From: Felis catus
Lineage: Eukaryota
DNA length: 64,000 nucleotides
Assembly (NCBI RefSeq): GCF_018350175.1
Contig: NC_058383.1
Span: 25,050,001-25,114,000 of the forward strand
Direction of reading: 5' to 3'
Part shown: positions 50,735-63,460 of the stretch, piece after piece
How the letters are laid out: each line of letters begins with the position of its first letter
How positions within the stretch are numbered: the stretch's first letter is position 1
Position numbers and translations under genes: made by a program
The notes under the pieces: model-generated
What the model was told of the DNA's origin: nothing
What the model saw: the letters and a program-made list of their open reading frames with translations, nothing else
Database searches by the model: none

Positions 50735-50834
50735 CTCCTTTCGAATCGGGTCTGGGCTGCTCACCACAGCTGATTCAGCCACTGCTGGATGTTCGGCCAG
50801 GGCATTCTCCACCTCTGCTGGCCCGATTCGGTAC
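50735..50834 (-). CDS. ACSM1: ACSM1 exon, 100 nt: (G)[33 protein letters not shown]
   Basis: ctccag|G TAC...GAG|gtaagg; phase matches the previous exon. Confidence 0.96.
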
Positions 50835-51647
50835 CTGGAGGATCAATGACTCCTTCTTGGTTTCTGAGCAGCTGGCAGGGCTGGGTGACCCAGGCCTTCA
50901 AGTGTCATATTTTGCAGAGTCACATCTTCCTTTGCCATGTAGGATAACTGTCTCAGGGAGCCCAGATACCTGTGACCTTCCTCTGTCTTGCACTTCATGT
51001 ACACAATACAACACTCACATGCTCCCCAGGGTTTCTCACCTCACTGCCTCTGGTCTGGGAAGAGGGCCCAGGTTTAGTCCTCCCTGGGTTCCAGGGCTTG
51101 GCTCAAGCAGCTTCCCCTGGCATGAAACCTGTTGGCAGCCTCAACTTTTACCTTAAACATTCATGTAAACTCTGTATCCTATTCCCCACTATATTAGCAT
51201 GTTTTAGAAATTAAAAAAGGAAACAAACTCACTCCCTGAAATCTCCAAGAGGACTTGTTACTCTAGTGTAATATGCCAAAAATCTTTTAAATCACATACG
51301 TGTTAGGGACAACAGACTTAGAGCCAGATAACTAGTTCAAATCTGGGTTGCAGCCCGTTCCCTTTGAAACTTTAGGAAACTTTCTTCACTGGTAACTCAG
51401 TTTCCTCATCTGCAAAATGGGCATAATTGCATGTACCTTCTAGCATTGAGAGCTGGATTATATAAAGCACTGCGGAGTGTGCCTCCACATAGGAAGTGCT
51501 CCATAGAGGTTAATTGCTATTACTTATTATTAAGTTTTTCTGTGAAATGCTGTGTCCGATCAGAGAAGCCAAGCATAGAATAAGCTTCCTCAACCAGTAG
51601 GGGTCAAAGTAAAGTCTTCCTTCTAAATCCTTTAAATTGTATAATGT

Positions 51648-51674
51648 CTTTTTTTTATGTTTATTTATTTTGGG

Positions 51675-51710
<36 letters not shown>

Positions 51711-51880
51711 AAGTGCAAGAGGGGGAGAGACAGAGAGAGAGGAAGACAGGGAATCTGAAGCAGGATCCAGACTCTGAGCTGTCAGTACAGTGTCCGACAT
51801 AGGGCTTGAACTCAAAGACTGCGAGATCATGACACAAGCAGAAGTTGGATGCTTAATCAGCTGAGCCACCCAGATGCCCC
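51648..51880 (-). mobile_element. Can-SINE (ACSM1 intron)
   Basis: Reverse-complement SINE consensus. Confidence 0.93.
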
Positions 51881-52123
51881 CAAATTGTATAATGTCTTAT
51901 GTTCCTCTTGAAGACCTTGTTGAACTTCATTTTGATTGATTCTTCTGGATGCAGGGCTTGGGGAAGATACACAAATAGCCCCAGAAAAGGACCTCATAGA
52001 CAAAGTTTTGTTCAGAATTAGCCTGAGGGTCAAATCACCAACGCATGGACAAATGTATGGACAAGCTAGATCCCATCAGGCATGTGAGAGTGATGCTTCC
52101 TGGCTCAGATCAGCCATACCTAC

Positions 52124-52251
52124 CCAGAGGAATTGATGACGTCATCATTCCTCCCAAGGAACCATATGTAGCCCTCTTCATCCATAGTTGCTCTATCCCC
52201 ACTGTTGTAAAAGTCCCCACACTCCACTTCTGCAGTCTTTACTGGGTTGTC
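52124..52251 (-). CDS. ACSM1: ACSM1 exon, 128 nt: [42 protein letters not shown](G)
   Basis: tttcag|GAC...GG|gtaggt; adenylate-forming enzyme motifs GD and GRxDD. Confidence 0.96.
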
Positions 52252-52304
52252 CTGAAAAGATAACAGCACCCGTTTGTTGAAGACAATTAGTTTAAATTAA
52301 AAAA

Positions 52305-52350
52305 AAATTTTTTTTACTGTTTATTTTTGAGAGAGAGAGAGGAAGGGGCA

Positions 52351-52399
<49 letters not shown>

Positions 52400-52527
52400 T
52401 CTGACGCATGCTCCAGGCTCTGAGCTGTCAGCACAGAGCCTGATGCAAGGCTCAAACTCACAAAGTGTGAGATCCTGACTTGAGCTGAAGTCAGATGCCC
52501 AAACAACTGAGCCACCCAGGCATCCCT
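52305..52527 (-). mobile_element. Can-SINE with (CA)n
   Basis: Reverse-complement SINE consensus. Confidence 0.92.
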
Positions 52528-52914
52528 GAAGGCAATTACTTTAGCGATGATGACCCACAACCTGGTACTCAGATCTGGGTTCAAATTCTGCTCCTTGTTC
52601 TACCTGGCACTGAGACAAGTTTTGTAATCTTTCTGAGTCTATTTTCACTACCTCCAAGTACTCAATGCACACTACTTGCCAATTAGTGGACAATAATGAG
52701 CCAATTTTAAGGACAAATTTTTGTGTGGAGCTCTAGTAGAATAAAATTTCCACTAGAGCATGGACCCTTTTATTTATTGTTCTCAACTTAGCATTCACAG
52801 TGTGTCTGAAAAAATGAGAGGTGTCAAAAACTTTTGTTAAAAGAATTTCCTTCCCCCAATACTATCTCACCCGATCCTCCCAGAAAGCCTATAAGGCTGG
52901 TATTTTTCAAATTA

Positions 52915-53600
52915 AACTGTTTACTTTAAGATAATTGTATACTTGCATGCAGTTATAAGAAATAACACAGAGATCCTGTGTACCATTTACCCAGTTTCCC
53001 TCATGGTAGCATCTTGCAAAACTGTACTTCAATATCACAACCAGGATATTGACATTGCTACAATCCACCAATCTCAGATTTCCCAGTGGTTTATTTGTAC
53101 TTATGTGTGTGTCTGGTGTATTCAGTAATTTGCAACTGTATCACATGTGCAGGTTCCTGCATCCACCACCATGGTCAAGACACAGAAGGCTCCCACAGTC
53201 CCAAGGATCATTGCTCTTTTGTATCATACTGACCTCCCTCCTGCTTTCCCTCCCTCCTCCCTCCAAATCCCAAACCCCTTGACAGTGGCTAATCTATTCC
53301 CCAGTTTTATAATTTTGTCATTTTAAGAATGTTACATAAATGGAATCCTGTAATAGTATGCAACCTTTTGGGTCTAGCTCTTTTTTTTTTTTTAATTTTT
53401 TCATTCCGTATAATTTTCTGCAAATTCATCCAGTTTCTTGCATTCATCAGTACTTTGATCCTATTTATTGCTAAATGGTATTTCATGTTATGGACGAACT
53501 CCAGTTTGGATGTCCACCTATTGAAGGGCATTTGGCTTGTTTCTGGTTTGAAGCTGTTGTGAATAGAACTGTTCTGAACATGCATGTACAGGTTTCATGT
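52915..53600 (-). mobile_element. Old L1M 3' fragment
   Basis: agttataagaaataacacagagatcctgtgtaccatttacccagtttccc. Confidence 0.75.
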
Positions 53601-53829
53601 GGGGCTAGATTTTTACAGCCCATTTAGTAGAAGAAATGAGTGTTCAGAAAAGCACAATAACTTGCTCAAAGTCACTCAGCTGGTCAGTGGAAGGGCTGGT
53701 ATTTGAATTTAAAATTCTTACTCTTCAGCCTCTGCACTCAACCACTAAGCAGTGTGTTAGCATCATCCCTCATGTGGAACATAAAATGATTTTAAGAGGT
53801 TCCAGAAAAAAAAAAGTTTTATTTTTTTA

Positions 53830-54077
53830 CTTTGAGCTTATTTTTTTTTTTCAGAGAGAGAGAGAGAGAGGCAGAAGGAGAGAGAGTGAACAAGAGAGCA
53901 GGGACAGAGGGAGAGAGAGAGACAGAGACAGAGAGACAGACAGAGAGACAGAGAGAGAGAGAGAAACCTAAGTAGGATCCTCGCCCAGAGTGGAGCCTGA
54001 AGCAGGGCTCAATCTTACAATCATAAGATCATGATGAGCCAAAATCAAAAGTTGGACTGAGCCACCCAGGTGCCCCC
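53830..54077 (-). mobile_element. Can-SINE
   Basis: (GA)n...gagccacccaggtgcccc. Confidence 0.9.
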
Positions 54078-54139
54078 TAAAAAAACCATTTTAAAAACAT
54101 TGAATGACATCTCTTTTTAGGTTCCCTTCCAACTGGATT

Positions 54140-54816
54140 TTAGGCAAGAATGCCAAGACCATTCAGTGGGAAAGTTAATCTTTTCAACAAATGGCACTGA
54201 GAAACTAGGATGTCCACATGCAAATGAATGAAATTACCATATGCCATACACAGAAATTAACTCAAAATGGGTCAAAAACCTAAACAGAAGAATTGAAATT
54301 CTGGAACTCTTAGAAGAAAACATAGGGGAAAGTCTTCATGACTTTGTTTTTGGCAATTATTTATTGACTATGACACCAAAAGCACATGAAACAAAAAAAA
54401 AAATAGATAAAATGTTCCTTATCAAATTTTTAAAATTTTACATCAAAGGATACTACCAAGAGAGTAAAAGGACAATGCACTGAATGGAAGTAATATATGT
54501 GATATATTGGAAGCATATATCTGATAAGAGATTCATATCCAAAATGAATAAAGAGCTCTTACAAATCAACAACAACAGAAACCCCAATTGTAAAAATAGG
54601 CAAAGGACTTCAACAGACAATTGGCCAGAGAAGATACACAAATGATCAATGAGAATATGAAGGGGTGCCTGAGTGGCTCAGTCGGTTAAGTGTCTGACTC
54701 TTGGTTTCAGCTTAGATCATGATCTCACAGCTTGTGAGTTCAAGCCCAGCATCAGGCTCCACACTGACAGTGCAGGGCCTGCTTGGGATTCTCTTCTCTC
54801 TGCCCTCCCCTGCTTG

Positions 54817-54862
<46 letters not shown>

Positions 54863-56190
54863 AATAAATAAATAAACTTAAAAAACAGTTTAAAAAGAAT
54901 ATGAATATGGAAAGATGCTCAACATCATTAGTCATTAGGGAAATGCAAATCAAAAGCGTAATGACATACTATACCACTTCACACCCATAGAATGACCATT
55001 GTATTTTTTTTTTAATTTTTTAAATGTTTATTTAGTTTTGAGAGACAGAGAAACAGAACCTGAGTGGGGGAGGAGCAGAGAGAGAGGGAGACACAGAATC
55101 TGAAGCAGGCTCCAGGCTCTGAGCTGTCAGCACAGAGCCCGACGCAGGGCTCGAACCCATGAACCATGAGATCATAACCTGAGCCGAAGTTGGATGCTTA
55201 ACCAACTGAGCCACCCAGGCGCCCCTAGAATGACCATTGTATACACAACAACAAACCTGAAAATTTAACAAATATCGGCAAGGATATGGAGAAACTGGAA
55301 CACTCGTGCGTTGCTGATGGAAATAGAAAATGGTACAGCCACTTGTGGAAAACATTTTGACAATTCCTCAAAAAGTAAATATAGAATTACCATATGATCC
55401 AGGAATTCCACTTTTGAGTATACACCCAAAAGAAGTGAAAGCAGGAACTCAAACAGATACTTGCACACCAATGTTCATTGCAGCATTATTCACAGTAGCC
55501 AAAAGGTGGAAATAACCCAAATGTCTATTAAGAAATTGATGGATATACAAAACATAGTACATACATATAATGGAATATCATTTAGCCTTAAAAAATAACA
55601 TTTGGTACATGCTACAACATGAGGGAGCCTTGAAAACATGTGTTAGGTGAAATGAAACTAGACACAAAAGGGCAAATGTTGCACAATTCCACTTAATTGA
55701 GGTGCCTAAAATAGGCATGTTTTTTTTTACCTTTTTTAAATGTTTGTTTATTTTTGAGAGAGAGAGAGAGAGAGACAGAGCAGGAGCAGAGGAGGGGTAG
55801 AGAGAGACGGAGACACAGAAATCTGAAGCAGGCTCCAGGCTCTGAGCTGTCAGCACAGAGTCCAACACGGGGCTCGAATTCACAAACCATGAGATCATGA
55901 CCTGAGTGGAAGTTGGACACTTATCTGACTGATCCTCCCAGGTGCCCCTAAAAGAGGCATATTCTTAAAGACAAAAAGTATATTAAAGGTTACCAACGCT
56001 AGGAATATGAGGAAGAGGGAGTTGTTCAATGAGAACAGAGTTTCTGTTTGGGATGAAAGAAATTTTCTGCAGATGCATGGTGGTAATTATTGCACAATAT
56101 TGTGAATTTACTCAATGCCACTGAATTGTGTGCTTAAAAATGGTGAAAAGGATAAATTTCATATTATATATATTTTATCTCAATAAAAAA
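54140..56190 (+). mobile_element. Old L1M 3' portion interrupted by three Can-SINEs (54662-54885 +, 55003-55225 -, 55719-55948 -)
   Basis: PYTEINSKWVKNLN, IELPYDPGIPLL; 3' end aatgccactgaattgtgtgcttaaaaatgg. Confidence 0.9.
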
Positions 56191-57158
56191 ATGAAAGGAA
56201 AAAAGCAAACAAATCTCAGTGGAGGGGTGACAACATATAGTCATGAGAGCATGTGAAATGACATACATATACAGGTTTGGGCATAGACTGAGGAGATCTT
56301 TGTAAAACGAAATATATAATTTCCAATTAAGAAAAAACTGTCATTGCTCTGGACTTTCCCAGTTTAATTTAACCAGAATCTCTGTGGTTGGATCCAAAAA
56401 TTAATATTTTTATATCTCCTCAAATGCAGGGTTGAGAACCACTGAAGTATATACGTGTTACTCTGTGTTTACAATTTTCTCTTTTATACACATTTAAAAT
56501 TGTGCTACAGTGAATAAAGGCTAGGGTCTGCATATTTGCTTTTGGGCAATAATATCTCAAAAGAAGCAGTGCCCCGCTTCCCCTGCCATAGGCCATGGAG
56601 TGACAACAGTGATATGAATGGCTGTTACTGTGGAGAAAGGAGATGGGTCTAAGGTCAATTTCAAGGTCTGTCCACCCTCCCCTGGCCAATCTTGGAAGCT
56701 GAGAATTTCTTCTTAGTGGCCACTACTAACCAGGCTAGGGTTTGTCTGGTTAAGAGTTTCAGGTATCCTTAGAATCTGTCACAGTTTTATGTAATCCCTC
56801 AATTTCTTATATACGTGCTGGGGACCAAAAAGATGTGGGATTGAATCCTAGAGCGGCCATTTATTTGACATGCAGAAGACATACAACTCTTCCAATCTGC
56901 AGTTTCTTTCTCTGTGAAGTGCAGACAAAAGTGCCCCCTGGAGGCTCAGCATTGTTAACAGATTTGTGGTTGGCAAATGGAACTGTAGGATGTTAACCCA
57001 GTTAAAGCTTGTTCTCTCAACCACAAAAGATCATTGTTACCCAAGTATGCTGCTTCTGAAACCAGACTTCTTTCTACCCCATCAGCACTTAAATGCCAGA
57101 TGGCTTAGGACAGGAAGGGATGTGGGAACATGGGAGATTAATTAGAAGAGGCTTCATT

Positions 57159-57322
57159 GGGGGCACCTGGGTGGCTCAATTGGCTAAGCTTCTGACTTTG
57201 GCTCAGGTCATAAGCTCACGATTTGTGAGTTCGAGCCCCTCCGTGGGGCTCTGTGTGGACAGCTCAGAGCCTGGAGCCTGCTTCGGATTCTGTGTCTCCT
57301 TCTCTCTCTGCCCCTCCACCAC

Positions 57323-57372
<50 letters not shown>

Positions 57373-57395
57373 AAATGAAAACTGAAAAAAGTTTT
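57159..57395 (+). mobile_element. Can-SINE
   Basis: Flanking duplication agaagaggcttca. Confidence 0.94.
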
Positions 57396-57551
57396 TTAAA
57401 GAAGAGGCTTCACTGAGTTGGAGTGAATGACAGGAGGTATGAAGAAGGCTCAGGGTGCAGAGCTGAATCACTCCCACTCACTCAGCACCCACACAGCTCC
57501 CTGCAGGGATTTTCAGGGCCTGGAAGGGGTCAGGTGAGGGTCACCACTTAC

Positions 57552-57653
57552 CTCATAGCACATGAAGACGCCCATGGGCTTGGTTGGCTTGATCCTGATG
57601 CCAATGTTGCCTTCAGTGTTGATCGGCAGGATGTTGCCCTTCTCATCAATGAT
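57552..57653 (-). CDS. ACSM1: ACSM1 exon, 102 nt: [34 protein letters not shown]
   Basis: ctccag|ATC...GAG|gtaagt; [12 protein letters not shown] and FMCYE are ACSM1-like. Confidence 0.96.
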
Positions 57654-58203
57654 CTGGAGCAAGAGGCCTGTGAATCCCGCCCTGCAGGGCCACCCCAACA
57701 CACCTGCCACACCCAAACGTTAGCTGACTATTCCTGTGACACCAGTGAGAATAAATGGCGGGGAGAAGCCCTGTCAGAAAATAAATTAAAACTGCCAAAA
57801 GTGTTTGAATTCAGCAAATGGTGAAATCCCAGTCATGGGTCTATTTGTTTCATGGATATACAAGCATTGCAAATGCATCGTCAAGCTGGAAGACACAGGT
57901 GAGGAAAAACTAGAAGCACCAGCTGATGGAGAGAGATGCCAGGGTGCTCCAGGTGTTCTGGTCCCATCTGTTGTGTGTGAGGCCTCCAGCTGCCAGGCTC
58001 AGCTGCATTCCTGCCCAGGATACTGCAGTTCTCAAACGAAGCCTCCCAAGGAAATCAGAGGGAAAATAGGAGGAGAGGAGGAAGGATGGCAACTGGGGCA
58101 GGGGAGTGGGGTGGGAACAGCTGGTTCTGTCACCTGGTGTCACACAATTGTCCAATCCCAGCTAAGCCCTAACTATTTCTGGCCAAAGTCTTTAGGACCA
58201 AAC

Positions 58204-58284
58204 CTGGATGTCAAAGGGGGGGATACTTGTCCCCATGGAACCTGGCTTGATCTTCATTCCACGTAAAGTGCCACAACTTATTCC
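58204..58284 (-). CDS. ACSM1: ACSM1 exon, 81 nt: [27 protein letters not shown]
   Basis: aaacag|GGA...CAG|gtttgg; phase 0-0; KIKPGSMG motif of the ACSM family. Confidence 0.95.
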
Positions 58285-60487
58285 CTGTTTACAAAAGAAA
58301 GAAAATGGGGTTGGTCAAAGAGTCCTGGCTGATTACAAAGTATCAAGAACTATACACAGCATCCTGGTTCACCAATGTCATTTGATGCTGTGCAGAGAGC
58401 TCTTATGAGAAAGCTAGAAGGCCCAGATTCAAGGTAAGGTGCAAGGCATTGACCCAACTCTGGTCTGCAGATGTTCACAGCACCTGTGGGCATGTAATAT
58501 CAGGTGTGGTGGGCCCACTATATGTCAGACATGTGTCCATTTGCTGGAGGAAGGCCATGAAACCATTAATGTTTACTTGGGGCTGTTGATCAGTGACAGG
58601 AACCTAGTCTCAATTATTCAGAGCTGTGTTGAGAGTATTCATATTTTTTGTGTTGTCCCTTCTGCTAGAGAACTGCCCCACCCCCTTTATCTTCCTGATG
58701 CACCATATTCCTCCTTTATGGTACTCTAAAATATCATTTTTTCTAAAGTTAAGTCAGACTAGGATTTGTTTCATGGATATGAATCTTCACTCCAGTTGTG
58801 TGCCAATTAATCCTCTTTGATTTCTCTTCTGTAAAGGTGGGTAATTATAACACTTACCTCCCAGAGTACCTGGGTGTATGGAAAACCCTTCACCCAGTGC
58901 CAGGCACACCAGGTTATGTTCAATAAACAACTACTACCTGCTATTATTCAGCCCCCAAGAAAAGTCAGTTGGGAGATTCTTCTGTAGTATTTTCCCCTCA
59001 TACTTCCATTGTAGCCAACAAAGCATCATACTTATTTTTGCTTGTCTGTTTCTCTCAGTGGATAACAAGCATCCTGAGAATAGAGACTGCCCCCATTCAT
59101 TTCTATATCCCACCCCCCAGCATTCTAGTGCAACCCCTGCTTAAATACAAGAGTAACTGCAAGGTGAGTATGTGCAAGCGGTTGGACACTGTAGCCAGAG
59201 CTTTATATACATCCTTTCATCTCCCTTATTACAACCCAGAAAGACTGGATAATATTTCCATTTTCAAGATGGAGAAGCAGAGACTCTGGAAGGTTCAATG
59301 CTATGCCTATGGTCTCGAAGCCCGTGATTGGCAAGGCTGAACTGGTGTCTGAGTTCCTGGGAGGGGAAGCTCTTTCCCCTTTGCTATGCTGTTGCTCACA
59401 GTACAGGCATATGGAAAATGTTCCATAGACGAGGCAGTAGGTATGAAAGTACATTGAGAAATACAGCACCAGTCAAGTATAAGGGAGTATTCTGTCTATT
59501 GTTGCAAATAATTGATGTAAAGGGATGTCATGGGTGTAGGTAGTTCCCATTCCACCACCCTCCACCTTGTCCAAATATAAACTATGAACCATACAAGGAC
59601 AAACTTGAAATCTTAATATATCTCACCCTGAAGCAGACCAATTAACTGATTATTTAAAAGAATTTTTTTTCCAAAAAAAAAGTCAGTGAAGTATATTAAT
59701 TGAGGCTAAAATAGCCATTTTGCTGCAGCTCCTGAGATGGCAGCCATCCCTCTGTCAGCCTCGGGGATAATAAGAAGGTTGGGGAAGTGGCTCTGTCCAG
59801 CAATAGAAGTGGCTTGAGAATGTGTAGGACGAGGGATACCTGCCCCCACTATCATTGATAAAGTTGTTGTGGTTTACAACATGCATGATACTCTGAATGC
59901 CCCACCACATGGCTGCTCAGTGACGCCTTTGAGAATCACACTGTATGTGTGTGTGTGCGTGTGTGTGTGCATGTGTGTTTGGTATATACAGAAAGTCTCT
60001 GCTCCCTCCTCCACTCCAGCTAGTGTCCCACAATCAAACCTGTGTGCTGTTCACCTAAACCCCCAGAAATGAACTTCTGGGGCCAACTCCTAGCTGTTGT
60101 GGTTGTTACCTTAGGAAGGGATGGTGAAGTGGGCAGAACTTATGGATGGTGGCCTCCTTGTTACTGGAGAGAACCTCCCATCCCTCCACCCTTGATGAGC
60201 TCCATAGAGCTTAATGATCACAGGGACAGTGGCATCATGTCCTTAGACCACTTTCAAAGTCCTCACCCAATAGTTTTCAGCACACTGGCCTCTTGACACA
60301 TTGATTAGCTGTGAATTATCTTTGTGCAAACTGATTTGGGGCAAACTAGCCTAAAACTCTGAAGCCCCATCATCTTCAGGCAATGCTGTGAGCAGAGTGG
60401 GGCCTCTGCACACACATGATTCAGTTCCTCTGCTGGGCTCCATGGCTAAGCACATCCTGACTGGCCCAGAAAGGACTGTCTACGTAC

Positions 60488-60611
60488 TGTTTCTGACTGT
60501 CCATAGACCTCGTGGAGCAGAACGCCTGTCCGTCTTCTCCACTCCTCTTGCTCCTCTGGCAGCAGAGCCTCCCCACCAGTAACGCAGTGCTCCAGGGCAG
60601 GGAACCTGAGA
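60488..60611 (-). CDS. ACSM1: ACSM1 internal exon, 124 nt: (S)[41 protein letters not shown]
   Basis: cttag|T...ACA|gtacgt splice sites; acyl-CoA synthetase YGQxET motif; matches recalled human ACSM1 [29 protein letters not shown]. Confidence 0.95.
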
Positions 60612-61758
60612 CTAAGGGAAAGGCAAGGTATCAACAGAACTTGTGGTCAGGTCTTGGATGCTCTGTCCCAGGCCCAGAGTGTTAAGAGCTCACTCATAGC
60701 CTTGCCATCTGGATTATTTATCCTCCTACTTCCTCATGTTCTTACTTGTCTTTGGGGCAATTTACTGGAGGTCAAAGCCAAGGGAAAGTCACTCATTTCC
60801 TGGTGGTTCATATTAACTCTTCTGGCAAGGGGTGGGTGGTGGTGGTGAGGCTAATGGGTTTGGTCAAAAGTTTGGACCAAATTTGGAAGTTGATGTAGAA
60901 AGATGGCAAAGACATATTTTTCAGGCCTTGTCTTAACATCCTCTGTGGCTAAGAAGGATATTTTATAAACCATAATGGGTGGAAGATAAGACTCCCCAAA
61001 AGCTTGTTAGGATGATAACAGAACTGCACTGCCTTCTATGAAGAGTGGAGTCATGTGAACTGAAGGGCTTTTGTATTTCTGAGCAGAAAATGCAAGTTAA
61101 GGGGTGGAAATGAATTGCTCAGGACATCAAGGAAGACCAGGATGAGTGTAGGAAGAGAGAGAAGGGTTGTAGGTAACAGCCCTGAGAGAAGGAATTTCAG
61201 AAAAAGCAGAAAAGTTGGCTGTCAACATTTGTAGTAGGTACACTGTGTGACATAAATCCTCTTCATTTTCCTCATCAAATTTTCCATAAATGAGACAAAA
61301 ACAGACATAAAATAATAATGCATTCCTTGAAAGACATGGGGAGAAGTGATTGAGATCTGATTACCAGCTGGCCTGGGGCTGGACCAGGTCAGCTCTTGGG
61401 GATGAGAGAGGCAGTAGACATCTTGTCCACCTTTCCATCCTTATCACACTGTCCTGGTGCCTTTAGAGTCAGGGGTGATGGACAGGAGGGCTGGTTTTAC
61501 TGAGATGTTTTCTTCATTATTCAGCTTTATCCAAAATAGATAAAATGGGCAGAGTGTGATGCAGTCACTAGTTATGACATGGTTGGATTTTACTGGATTT
61601 GGACAAAGATAATCATCTGACGAACACTTCAAAAAGTTGCTAATTATGAGTTTTGAAACACAAACGGAGTCCAACCAGCATGAGGCTTCATGAATAAAAT
61701 CAAGTTGTGTTTCAGAATTAGCTTTGTAAGAGTAGTCATTAAATACCTTAATATTTAT

Positions 61759-61987
61759 GGGGCGCCTGGATGGCTCAGTCGGTTAAGCGTCCGACTTCAG
61801 CTCAGGTCACGATCTCGCGATCCGTGAGTTCGAGCCCCGCGTCCGGCTCTGGGCTTGATGGCTCAGAGCCTGGAGCCTACTTCCGATTCTGTGTCTCCCT
61901 CTCTCTCTGCCCCTCCCCCGTTCATGCTCTGTCTCTCTCTGTCTCAAAAATAAATAAAAACATTAAAAAAATTAAAAAAAACAAAAC
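61759..61987 (+). mobile_element. Young felid Can-SINE
   Basis: CpG-rich, near consensus; flanking duplication accttaatattt. Confidence 0.95.
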
Positions 61988-62573
61988 ACCTTAATATTTT
62001 AATTCTATATTTAAAACATGTTACTCTGATTTTTGGAGCAACCATTTTAATTTCAGAATCTTTAAAAGATTCATAAACGCCCAAGATTCCAGTTTAGCTA
62101 AAATTAACTCACAAACATGGGAAAATGCAAAAAGAAAACTATAGGAAGAGAAAACTATGCATCCATCAGATTGACAAAAATGAAAAACTCTGACAATAAC
62201 AGATGATGCCAATGTGATGGAACAATGGGAATTCTCCTACCTTGCTAGTTGGAGCATAGATGGGTTCAATATCTTGAAAAATTGGGTTGTAGAATGTAGT
62301 GTCAGTGTGAACTAACAATTCTTATTCCAGAAAAATGTGACAGAAATGCACGCTTATATGCACCAGGGTACATGTGCAATAATTCAATGCAGCACTAATC
62401 ATCAATAACCCCAAAATAAAAACTACCCGAGTGTCCATTAATGGTAGAACTGAAAAAAATATGCAATGTTTTAATACAATGGGATATTATACAGCAATGA
62501 AAATTAACTACAGCAACATGTAGCAACATACACACATCTTAAAAACATAATGTTGAAAAAAGAAGCCAGATAG

Positions 62574-63407
62574 CTGATCAAAAAGGATTTAAATAATATC
62601 ACAGAAAGTGAATTTAGAATAATAGTCATAAAATTAATCGCTGGGCTTGAAAACAGTATACAGGACAGCAGAGAATCTCTTGCTACAGAGATCAAGGGAC
62701 TAAGGAACAGTCACGAGGAGCTGAAAAACGCTTTAAACGAAATGCATAACAAAATGGAAACCACCACAGCTCGGCTTGAAGAGACAGAGGAGAGAATAGG
62801 TGAACTAGAGGATAAAGTTATGGAAAAAGAGGAAGCTGAGAAAAAGAGAGATAAAAAAATCCAGGAGTATGAGGGGAAAATTAGAGAACTAAGTGATACA
62901 CTAAAAAGAAATAATATACGCATAATTGGTATCCCAGAGGAGGAAGAGAGAGGGAAAGGTGCTGAAGGGGTACTTGAAGAAATCATAGCTGAGAACTTCC
63001 CTGAACTGGGGAAGGAAAAAGGCATTGAAATCCAAGAGGCACAGAGAACTCCCTTCAGACGTAACTTGAATCGATCTTCTGCACGACATATCATAGTGAA
63101 ACTGGCAAAATACAAGGATAAAGAGAAAATTCTGAAAGCAGCAAGGGGTAAACATGCCCTCACATATAAAGGGAGACCTATAAGACTCGTGACTGATCTC
63201 TCTTTTGAAACTTGGCAGGCCAGAAAGAATTGGCACGAGATTTTCAGGGTGCTAGACAGAAAAAATATGCAGCCGAGAATCCTTTACCCAGCAAGTCTGT
63301 CATTTAGAATAGAAGGAGAGATAAAGGTTTTCCCAAACAAACAAAAACTGAAGGAATTTGTCACCACTAAACCAGCCCTACAAGAGATCCTAAGGGGGAC
63401 CCTGTGA
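62574..63407 (+). CDS. L1 ORF1p, N-terminally truncated (first in-frame ATG at 62742)
   Basis: NIRIIGIPEEEE, ENFP, RHIIVKL, ILYPA motifs. Confidence 0.9.
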   Translation: MIKKDLNNITESEFRIIVIKLIAGLENSIQDSRESLATEIKGLRNSHEELKNALNEMHNKMETTTARLEETEERIGELEDKVMEKEEAEKKRDKKIQEYEGKIRELSDTLKRNNIRIIGIPEEEERGKGAEGVLEEIIAENFPELGKEKGIEIQEAQRTPFRRNLNRSSARHIIVKLAKYKDKEKILKAARGKHALTYKGRPIRLVTDLSFETWQARKNWHEIFRVLDRKNMQPRILYPASLSFRIEGEIKVFPNKQKLKEFVTTKPALQEILRGTL

Positions 63408-63460
63408 GGAGACAAAGTCCCAGAGACATCACTACAAGCATAAAACATACAGACATCACA

